Assembly (NCBI GenBank): GCA_002633005.1
Contig: NMRA01000080.1
Coordinates: forward strand, 150,133 to 214,132
Direction: 5' to 3'
DNA: 64,000 nucleotides
Source: Phoronis australis
Taxonomy: Eukaryota > Animalia > Phoronida
Of this stretch, positions 14,801 to 26,800 are shown one piece after another. The position numbers and the translations under genes were made by a program. The notes below the pieces were generated by a model, which worked only from the letters and a program-made list of their open reading frames with translations, was not told the origin of the DNA and did no database searches. How positions within the stretch are numbered: position 1 is the stretch's first letter; each line of letters starts with the position of its first letter.

Positions 14801-17800
14801 AAGCCCGTGGTGGCCGGAATATCTTGCAGGTGTAACAGTATTTGAGCTTGAACATCTGCCCATTCACCATGACCTCTTTGACTCGGGGTGGAGGTCTGTA
14901 TGTGCCTTGCCCATTGCTAGGAACCTCTGAAACACAGGGTAGACTGGATTTAATCATCATCAACATACATACAAATTAACCCAGTATTTTCCAAATTAAT
15001 AACACTTGCTAGGTTTGCAAGCCATACTTGTGTTGAGATTTAAACCACGTATTATTTTTCTCTAAACATTTACTCTTTCCTCGCCAGCAAATAGCATGCG
15101 ATGAGTTTCCCATAATTTGCACCAGACCAATTCATCACTATAACTGATCAACGAACGTCAATCAATCATTTAATACTAAATAAACATCAGCAAAAAATTT
15201 AGCCCGCATTCAGACCACTCGCAGGACAATTCAGTTCAGAGGATAATATGACAAGGAAACGGTGAAAGACAGCCTCGTCCCAAATTCAATTTTCTTCTTT
15301 CGCAGAGGTGCAAAAAGCATCACACATTTGACTTAACTTCTGAAAAGTTAAGGCGCCAAATGTTTTTGAGCCGAGGCAAAAGAGAAAAGAATTAAACATC
15401 ACAGCCCACCAAGCTTGTCAATTTTCTGTCTCAGCACTGCAACTCACTACGACAATAAAAAACCTATTAGAATGACATATGTCGAAATAATTAGGGATGT
15501 TGTAAACAATTATTAGCATGGCAAACATGAGCAACTGTAGGGTGAATGCCGTACCTATGAACAGTATTACAGATTATGGGTAAATTTTGCAGAATGATAG
15601 TTTACGCAGGTATTTCCAGACATAAACTAGAAACTAAACTTTGTGTAGAACACGTTGGATTTGTTCACCTGTACAGTAGTGCTCAAGTTTTAGAAGCTTT
15701 TTAAGTAATTTTTGTGTATTAGTTGCTTGTCAGGATTTCATTATTTTAACCCAAAAACTCCGACTATGCAGCAAAACTATTGTGTTTTGGTGGGAGAACA
15801 GACAACTACAGCAACTGTCAAGTCAGAAGCATGAAAGTTTGTTCCAACTCGTCATATTGACTCCTAGGTGACACCGTATCACAAGAGCAGCACACACAGA
15901 GATGATACGATGATTCTAGACTGACGTTTTACACAGATTAGAACAACCATAACAAGCTACGGTATATCTAGGTTGTGCAGGTTTCACCACGATTTCCAGC
16001 AACGAAGCTATAAACTGTGAGAGTGTGAATGCTACTCAATGTCAAAAATAAACTACTATACCATGCGGGAGTTGCAGTGCTGACAAAAAATTGGCAAGTT
16101 GAGGGAGGTGGGACGAAATGGTCTTCATTTTTCCAACTTGGCAAAGAGGTTTGTAAGAGGTCCCGAATTTCAAAAACTATATGAATGAATACAATGCATT
16201 AAAAAATACAACACATTTTTGTACTTGCCAAACGAGTCGAAATGGGGATGTGTCAGGTTCGACCACTGTGCATTTTGCCCAGGCTACAGTATTGGCAGCT
16301 TAGTCTGCAGCTATCTCCAGTCGAGATCTTGGTCATTGGTTTAATGACGTTATTGCCGTATTATTTACGAGTCCTGGGTCTTTTTTCGAAAAAATACCCT
16401 TACGACTTTTTCACACAGTCCACACAGAGACTTGCGATTAGCAGTAAATTGCACAAAAAACGTTGTGAAGTTACGATATTTTAGTGACACAAACCCCCTA
16501 ATACTAATTTGTTTCTTCACTTACCGCATGCAAACATACTTAGAATTGTTTATTTGACATGGCATCTTTAAAAGTTATCACTCCATTTAAGGTCCTTGTC
16601 CTGTGGCATTATTGACATAACTAGACACCCAGTGATACTGGCATCCCACTTATCTCTTTGGATTGGTGCATAGTATCAATAACTCCCTAGTGTGAAATAT
16701 TGATTGGGAGGTCAATTATTTCTAAACACCCAGTTGCAACAAAACATAACACAGGACTATATAGAGCGCTTAATACAGATCTACCCTGGTAGAACTAAGT
16801 AACACCTATGTTCATGATAATTTCAATATGCAAATAAGGATGTAAAATTACTGTGAGCTAATTGACTGACTAAGTGCACTGAAGTTGCTTTCACACCAGA
16901 TAAGTCTAGACTAGTTTCTATATAGAAAGATAACCCATGGTCAATAAAATAATCTGGTCCGAACATTTCACAAGTTGAGATTACGTAATAGGCAAAATTT
17001 AAGCCAGATCGCTAATCTACTCCACAAGACAATCCATTCTTTCGGCAGTCCTAAATTTAAATCAATTCATGAAACGTATTCTAAATCATCATTCGCATTA
17101 GGTTCAAAATTTTTTGGCGGGGAAAGAACTTAATGCAACGGTTGAAATCCCTCGTGGGAAAGAGCAATGGGTAATGTAGTGTGCATGTTCAATTAACATA
17201 TATAAAATGATATCATTCAATGCCACAACTAACAGTGGATAAGACTTTTTACTTAAAACTCTTTAACTTTGTTTCGCAAAGTTTTGTGTCAAGAATCGTT
17301 TTCTGCAATGAACTGCTGTCAGTAAATGATCAGAAACAAAACGTTTCACATGCCTTTAGTTAAACAACAATCCTTCGATCTGTTCAAAATTTATGCAGTG
17401 AAATACAAGAACAAGCTATGCATTGTGATAGACTTAACACAACGTTGTGAGTTTTTGGCAACCATTACGATTTCCACAAGATCTTGATTCAATGCCAGAT
17501 TGCAACCATACAGTACGGTACACGCCAAAAGTATTCAGTCAAAATAACCCTGAATTCCCTAACATGACAGCTGGCATGACTGGACATCCAAATAACCATC
17601 AGAGCCGCCATCCCTCAGACAGAATAAAAGGTAATTTTACAGGAAACATATTAAAGTAGCTCATCCACTCTCCACTAGCTAGCCATCATGACAGGGAGAC
17701 AGTATTTTGTATGACTAACTTTGTATCGGACTGTACATGGACCGCCACTCCATATATTCCTAATACATGAGGTTTGATCTTGCATACAAGCTGCAATGCC

Positions 17801-20800
17801 CATATTCACTGGCGACACCTGCAAAGCTGACCTATTTTACTTCGGGTTTGTATGTCCAATGACTGTGGTTTGTGTTGTTCAAGCTTCACTTTTCCTATTG
17901 CACGACCTAAACTATCGCCAAAATTACAACACTACGAATTCTACGGAGAGGAAATTGTCAAACGACTTTTCAACATAGGTTTTGTTTCGTACTCCTAACT
18001 AGGCAGTGAAATAAACACCAGAATTACCCGTCCGAATACACTAACTGAAAGCTAACATTAGAGTGCGAAGTAAACGGCACCACCGCTGGGAATTTCATCG
18101 GAAGATAACAAGAGTAGCGAATCTATCGGCAATGATCTATGTTGCAACTTGAATGACAAGGAGGCCTGGAATTTATCGAGTGCAGCAAAAATTCAGTGTT
18201 CCAACTGAAATTGATGTCTCAAGGGAAGAAGCTGCCAGTACGAAGTAGAGAGTGCTGTCAGATACAGTACACACCAAAAGTATTCAGACAAATTGACCAA
18301 GGAGTTCCCCGTCAAGACGGAAGCTAAATTCATCATCACAGGTTTCGAAAACAGCCACGAACGAAAGGCAAACTAACAGGAAATTTAGAAAGGTGACCAA
18401 GTCATTCTCTAATTAAAATTTCGCTGATGTAAAAATCATTAGTGGTCATTTTTGCTCTTAACAAAATTAACCATCATGACAGGAAAAATGGTAGTTTGTT
18501 TGATAACTTTTGTCTTGTACTGTATACAGGGAAATCCTGATAGAGAGCTGAAGCCAGGTCTTATCTTCCAAGTACATCTGCGATATGGCAACCGTTTTTT
18601 TATTTGCCAAATGTTCATAAACACAAATCTCAGGTCAACCTCAGAATTTAAAAATCATTTAAATGAGAACTTTTTTATTTCATCTTTAAAATCACAAACA
18701 TTTTCTAATTCGGATATCAAACTTTGCATGCACACAACAAGACTATAACACTCGCTGAGAATGGATGAGGAATAGATCTTTTGTGGACACCTTGGTCTTC
18801 CATCTTCGGAAACAGAGAAATCCTTTTTACCAAACCTGGGAACTGCCTATACACTCCCCACTACATTTGTGCCCAAGCTCCATTTTGGTAATATCTTGCT
18901 GCACCCCTAGTCTCGAAGAAGAACAGTGTCACTTTCTAAAAATGTCCGCTGTAAACCGGACCTCCATGAAGTTGTGACCAGAATTAATCTCAATCAACAA
19001 TTTTGATGGATTTTCATTCAAATTTTTAGATATAAACCAGAAATATTTGAATTCTGTTATCTACTAGTGAAATGTATGGATTTCATTCAAAATCTGTAAA
19101 TCCATGAGACGAGGGATTCTGTGAATTCTGTCCACATCTACCCATGACGAGAATGTTTTTAGCAATAAGAAACCAAGTGGATTTTGTTAGACTCCCGTTG
19201 ATGTCATAGTGATACCGAAAGTTTAAATCACCTAAAATTTTTGGCGCTAATCCGCTATTGCACAGCGAGAAACCCCCTCAGGTCAGTCTTCCACAGACCT
19301 AGTTATCGACCTCAATACGAGGTTTTACAACAAGACAACGATTTTGTCTCAGTTCCCAGTTCAATATTTGAAATTCTCAAATGGTCTATTCCACTATCAC
19401 TGGTGGTATGAGTGCCAGCCACACGGTACAAAGGGTAGGACTGCATGACAGTCTTAAAAGGACAAGCCCTTTCCTGCTTTTGTCACTGCTTTCCTAAACC
19501 ATAAACCTGCCTATGATTAAAAGTCTTTAACTGTACCTATTTGCCTCTCTAAGTCTGCCGCTTCTTCGGGTGTGGCACGCGGTATGACCCCAGGGTCCAT
19601 GAACGCTGTCCGTACCAAGCAATTCATGACAAAAATGACACCAAGACCTGCCACAATGGGTATCAAAGCTCCAACAGGATAGAGCCGAGGCACAAGAAAC
19701 CGGCAACTGAAAAATAAAGGACAGATAGCTTATCAAGTGTCTCACAACAGCAACAACAACAACTCAACAGTAACAACAACAAAATAAATTAGAGAATTGA
19801 CAAATACTTTAAAATGCCAATAGTTCTGAAATACAAACTAATTACAGGTTTAAAATTTAGGAATGTGAGTTTAGTACTCGTAGATTTAGTTTGACAGTAT
19901 CAGGTACACATATACTATTATATTAAACTAGTGTTAAGGCAGAAGTGATCACCATATTTGAAATCAACGAGTAACTAACAGAAGCCAATAAAAACATGTT
20001 GTAACAACCGACCTAATTTCGACGACAGAATAGACACAGCAAAAATATTCATAACAAAAGTTGTTCCAAGAGTTTCTAAATACCATTAATTAATGAAGTA
20101 TAAATTACTTAGATGAAGCCACTCGCCCCATTTGTTTAAGCAGTCGGGAGCTGGTAATGTTTTAGAAAAATAAGTTTTCGATTTTCATCCATCACCATGT
20201 TGCCAGGTGTTAAATGTCAAAACAAATCATAACAGATATGAATACAACCAACACTTTCTTATGTCACCTTCCCAACTACCAGCTGTACAGAGATTTGCGT
20301 CAAAGGGAAAACATAATTTTTAAAGACAATGGTGCAACTCCCCTACAATGGGACAGGCTATACAAAAATCTCACCCTTCGAGCAATAACACTTGCCAAAA
20401 TTTGCCTTTTTTCATTTCTGATTGTTGAGAATGATCACAGTTTTTCGAAACATTTATATACCTGATGGTGGCTACAGTATAGAAATTGCGATTTTACCGT
20501 AAATCCAAAGCAACGAGGTAACAACGTGCAATATCACACTAAATTCAGTGCAAATCAACTGCGCTGTCTCGTGTTTAATCCCTAAAACTAACGACAACTC
20601 CGATGTTGTAACCAGAGAGGAGTAACGATAACAATTCTTCAGTTTGGGACAAAACATGACAGACAGATGAAATCCCACTTTCAATCGTCAAATTCTCAAC
20701 AAAAACACCTTTCAGGAAAATTTACTCTACTTTTACCGTGGTTTGTATGAGCATTTGCGACAATGTGGTAAGCCACTGAAAAATAGAAATACGTCAATTT

Positions 20801-23800
20801 TTGCAATTCTTTTGACCCAAATTGAAGAATTTTACCGTAGTAGCAAATGAACGCCGAGTTGTGATAGAGTTTTAATAAACTGGAGTTACATTACTGAGAA
20901 AGTGACATAAAAGTCCCTCACAGGAGAAGTGAAGATAGAAGTGGCCTAATGAAATAGAGAAATATACTTTTTGCATTAATTTCTGCTTGCAAACTGTAAG
21001 TTTGTGGTGGTCTTGCTGGAGATAATCTTGACTACCAGTGACTTATCAGCAGGGGCAAACATGCTTAAACTGGGTGGGGGTGCCTCAGTAATGATCAGAT
21101 GATCTCCATTAACTTTTGAAAGGAAAGAAAGTATTCAAGTGATGTTGTAAATAATTAGGTGAAGTGCTTCCTCCTGCTAGTTTTCCATAGTCAGCCCTTC
21201 CGTTGTCAGGGGTATTAGAATAAATCAGAATGTATTTGTAATGTCTGGGTTCATTTTCAGAGAAAATATTGATGTCGCACAGTCAATTACCTAATGGAGA
21301 GTAAGATCTGACAAGGTTAATCAGTTGCAACAAGATACCATAGTGGGTGTTTAAAATAATGTTCATCAACTTCTGATGGTGAGNATCAAAGCTCCCACAG
21401 GATAGAGCCGAGGCACAAGAAACCGGCAACTGAAAAATAAAGGACAGACAGCTTATCAAGTGTCTCACAACAACAACAACAACAACAACTCAACAGCAAC
21501 AACAACAAAATAAATTGGAGAATTGACAAATACTTTAAAATGCCAATAGTTCTGAAATACAAACTAATTACAGGTTTAAAATTGAGAAATGTGAGTTTAG
21601 TACTCGTAGATTTAGTGTGACAGTATCAGGTACACATATACTATTATATTAAACTAGTGTTAAGGCAGAAGTGATCACCATATTTGAAATCAACGAGTAA
21701 CTGAACATGCGCCACAGCCGCCATCTTGAAAGAGACTTCCGGTTCAATAACTAACAGAAGCCGATAAAAACATTTATGTTGTAACAACCGACCTAATTTC
21801 GACGACAGAATAGACACAGCAAAAATATTCATAACAAAAGTTCTTCCAAGACTTTCTAAATACCATGAATTAACGAAGTATAAATTACTTAGATGAAGTC
21901 ACTGGGGAGCTGGTAATGTTTTAGAAAAATTAATTTTTCGATTTTCATCCATCACCATGTTGCCAGGTGTTAAATGTCAAAACAAATCATAACAGATATG
22001 AATACAACCAACGCTTTCTTATGTCACCTTCCCAACTACCAGCTGTGCCTATATTTGCATCAAAGGGAAAACATGACTTTTTAAAACAATGGTGCAACTC
22101 CCCTACAATGGGACAGGCTGTACAAAAATCTCACACTTCGAACAATAACACTTGCCAAAATTTGCCTTTTTTCATTTCCGATTGTTGAGAATGATCACAG
22201 TTTTTCGAAACATGTATATACCTGATGGTGGCTAAAGTATAGAAATTGCGATTTTACAGTAAATCCAAAGCAACGAGGTAACAACGTGCAATATCACACT
22301 AAATCCAGTGCAAATCAACTGCGCTGTCTCGTGTTTAATCCCTAAAACTAACGACAACTCCGATGTTGTAACCAGAGAGGAGTTACGATAACAATTCTTC
22401 AGTTTGGGACAAAACATGACGGACAAAAACAGCTTTCAGGAAAATTTACTCTACTTTTACCGTGGTTTGTATGAGCATTTGCAACAATGTGGTAAGCCAC
22501 TGAAAAATAGAAATACGTCAATTTTTGCAATTCTTTTGACCCAAATTGAAGAATTTTACCGTAGTAGCAAATGAAAGCCGAGTTGTGATAGAGTTTTAAT
22601 AAACTGGAGTTACATTACTGAGAAAGTGACATAAAAGTCCCTCACAGGAGAAGTGAAGATAGAAGTGGCCTAATGAAATAGAGAAATTCACTTTTTGCAT
22701 TAATTTCTGCTTGCAAACTGTAAGTTGGTGGTGGTCTTGCTGGAGATAATCTTGACTACCAGTGACTTATCAGCAGGGGCAAACATGCTTAAACTGGGTG
22801 GGGGTGCCTCAGTAATGATCAGATGATCTCCATTAACTTTTAAAAGGAAAGAAAGTACTCAAGTGATGTTGTAAATAATTAGGTGAAGTGCTTCCTCCTG
22901 CTAGTTTTCCATAGTCAGCCCTTCCGTTGTCAGGGGTATTAGAATAAATCAGAATGTATTTGTAATGTCTGGGTTCATTTTCAGAGAAAATATTGATGTC
23001 GCACAGTCAATTACCTAATGGAGAGTAAGATCTGACAAGGTTAATCAGTTGCAACAAGATACCATAGTGGGTGTTTAAAATAATGTTCATCAACTTCTGA
23101 TGGTGAGTCAAAACTCATTGTAAACATGATTAGACCATATTCACTTGTTAAAAGATTATTTTTACGTATTCACTTGTTAAAGGATGATTTTTATTGATCT
23201 AAAGTGGAGATGCTTAATAAATCTGTTAAACTATTCATATATTTCCCATTGACATAAAATATGCAAGCCATTTGAGGACCTAGCAACAGCATTTCTTGGT
23301 AAAAACCCTCTGGATAGTGATAACCAGTTTTCTCCGCTGAATAACAGGCATCAAGCTATTTGTCGAAATCCTCATAACATACTGCAGTTTGTTTGGCTAG
23401 TTTTCTCCTGGCTACAGATCAATAAACATAACTTGAACCATGGCAAATAATCCCTCAGAGTAAACAAAAGCTGTCAACTAGGACATTGTAGACATTGTAC
23501 ATGTACATCTTGTCCTAAGCAGTCCTCTCAACGACCTACATGCCAGCATCTGTAACATGCAGGGCTTGGAATGACCAATGACGAAAAACGCAGAAACTTT
23601 TATGGCCCAAAACATGTGCGCTTCCCAGCCTTGAAATAGTCGATGTGGACCTTTTGCCAACAAAAAACCAGGACTAAAAAAAAAACGGTACCACCTCCAG
23701 AAGTGTGTGTCTACGTCTTTTTAGCTCGTCCGTCCACTCCCACCTCCACACATTTTTGGCTGCAGAGTCGTAGCATTTGTCAACGCGGTTTACAATCACA

Positions 23801-26800
23801 CGAGACGCCATTGAAAAATCCACCACGCTATCCCAGATGACAATTTACGTTCCTCCGAAACATGAAGAGCAACTTCCGCTTTTCGAGGTGAAAGTTGTCG
23901 GCAATGCCGCGGTAAGAAAGGAATTTGCCGCGGAAATTTTATATCAAATCCAATTTTTTACGCGGAAATGTAATAAAATACGCAGACAGAACATTTGAAA
24001 AAAGTGGAAATCCACGTTTCCACAGAAAATTCCAAGTCATGAACATGTCCATATGAACCTCGGACATTAGGGTCTCTCGGACATTTGGGTTTCTCTCGGA
24101 CATTAGGGTTACCCTTGGACATTAGGGTTTCCCTTGGACACTTGGGTTTCCCTCAAACATTCNNNNNNNNNNNNNNNNNNNNNNNNNNNNNNNNNNNNNN
24201 NNNNNNNNNNNNNNNNNNNNNNNNNNNNNNNNNNNNNNNNNNNNNNNNNNNNNNNNNNNNNNNNNNNNNNNNNNNNNNNNNNNNNNNNNNNNNNNNNNNN
24301 NNNNNNNNNNNNNNNNNNNNNNNNNNNNNNNNNNNNATTAGGGTTTCCCTCGGACATTAGGGTTTCCCTCGGACATTAGGGTTTCCCTCGGACATTAGGG
24401 TTTCCCTCGGACATTAGGGTTTCAGGCGTAACAAACACTGCTACAAGTGCTAGATCTGTTTAAAAATAAGCAGTCATCAGGTTTCGAATGTGAAACGTTG
24501 AACAAACGTCTTTCTGCACTGCTGTGCATCACTATCAAAGTATATATTGGGTCACAAAACAGGTTAATAAAAGCTTAATATTGCTGGTATTTCCGAACTT
24601 CCGACAGGTTAAGTTTTCAGTGATATAGAACACTGTTACAGAGCCAAAAAAGTGCTGAGAAGGCTTGGGCCCAACTGCAGTACCTTTGACCAAGAGATAA
24701 CAAGTAATAACAGACTATGGTTATCCCTAAGGGGAGTCTTAGCAGACAGAATGTACGAAAACAATGGGCCAGCCCTAAAAATTATGAAACTGTAAATAGC
24801 GCATATACGGATTACCTTGGTAACTTAAGATCAAATGAGAATGACAAATAAATGCTTTAAAGCCCCAAGCGCCTGGATTAAGACTTCACAATTAACAGCG
24901 TGAAATACAGCTTTAAGCTTAGAAAATCATCGTTTTTGTAAGATTACTTGAAACGCTAATTTGAATTAAACTCTTTGAAGGTTATGTAGGATCCTACAAA
25001 AGTGTCCCACTTTGCCAACTTTGAAAAATCATACCTCAAAAACGGCAGCTCAGATTCACATAGAATTTCCACATATTATGCTTCATACAGTGTTTTTCAA
25101 AACAAATTAAGAATTGTTTTTTCAAATGGTTCTTTTTTGTGTGAAGGTTGCCAAAATAGGACTTTTAAAATTTTTATGAAAAAACTCGGAACTTGCCTGT
25201 AATGAAACGATAACTTAGAAAACTGTAACAATACTTATGCGATTTCATCCAGAAAATAAAATGAAATTTGGTCACATTATTGAAGCGGGTTTTTTCGAAA
25301 AATTTTAATAAAAATACATGGTCACATGACCTGACAAATAGTAAAAGTCTAAAAATTTACACAGGCCACCTGCCTTCAGAAAACCTACTTCTGCTAAGTT
25401 AACTAGTGTTGTTGATATTTGGCCTAATACACAGACTTATCTGTTATGGTCCTTTGTAACCTAATGTTATCTGTACACTATTGTTAGATAACAAGCACCC
25501 TCAACCAGCATAGGGATACAAGTCATTAGTCTGGAGCATTTTACACCATTATTGAGATCACAAAACCATCACAGTATGAAGCTGTGCCACACAAAGTCAT
25601 TATCAGACTGGAGAGGTTGTTGCAAGGTGATAATGGAAAATTGATACCCCCTATGCAATTATCTTGATGGTATTTCCATGCTGAGTCTTGTACCACACCA
25701 GTAGCTCCAAGGAAAGACAGGAGTATACACTGTATTTGGCAGTGTAATTATTTACCTAATTCGAAACCAAGTACAGAATGTGACCAGTTGTAAAATTCCA
25801 TGTTATTAAATTTTCAGTTAAAGGGACATTGTCAACCAGAAAAGAGATTTTTTAGATTAGCCTCAGTGCGAAATCTAACAAACACTGCAGCTGCAGCCAA
25901 ACACTGCTGGCAGATTTAAATCCCATTTGAAATAGAGTATTATAAGCATGATTTTCTAATAACCTGGTAATAAGCGACCTTGGTATCAGGGAATGTCTGG
26001 CACACTATGGTGAGAACTGGCAACTAACTGTTATCAAATCTCATTTTGTTGTTGTATAACTATGCTTAAAGCTAATAACTCCAAGAACTCTATCCTATCC
26101 GACAATAATCCTCAAAAATATGTTTTTCAGCCAAAACCTGATGTCCTTTTACAAAACAACAATTTATCTAAAAAAATGACTAACTGTAGCAAGGTAGTGA
26201 TATTTTGTTACGAAAATAAAAACAAATTTGACAATTATTTATTTTAGTGACATAGAACTAATGCAAAAAGAAACAGCTCAAAATCACGGAAACATGTATC
26301 TAGAACAAAATATTTTGACAAATTTAACAAATTATATCTCTTTATCAGTTTGACCAGAGATTTATCAAGTTTGAATTAATTTTAAGTTAGCGAATTGTAA
26401 ATTAGTTTATTTTATACGACCACAGTTAATGAGAAAACATAAAAGGCTTATAACATGAACCTAAGTACAGCAATCCACAATGACTTGAATTTTCAATTCT
26501 GAAGTGTTTGTTACAGACCGATGATAATAATTGCACGTCAATAACGTATCTTCGCACTCAGTGCAGGTCACCAATGCGACCTCAGATTGTGTTTGGCGAC
26601 CTGGAAAAAATCCCAAGTCGCCACGAACGGCACGAAGTGATCACTGCGAGTATCAAAGAAAGACAATAATTACTGTGTTGACTTCTAAACTTTAAATTAC
26701 CGGGTTTTTCCATAGATAAGCCCAATTGACGAAATGCTCATGGAAATTTACTCGGAAAATTATGCCATGGGCATTTATTTAGTGTTACAACTCCTGGTGT

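Noticed and set aside
21385-21429. Mutually exclusive duplicate of ZDHHC exon 2
   Set aside because: It is truncated exactly at an assembly N and lacks the donor and DPG motif; probably allelic redundancy.
24085-24379. ORFs spanning X runs (also 31265..31870)
   Set aside because: Artefacts of N gaps.
24960-25330. TTAA-type DNA transposon relic, possibly related to ~6875-7400
   Set aside because: Similarity is only patchy by eye, and termini could not be defined without alignment.
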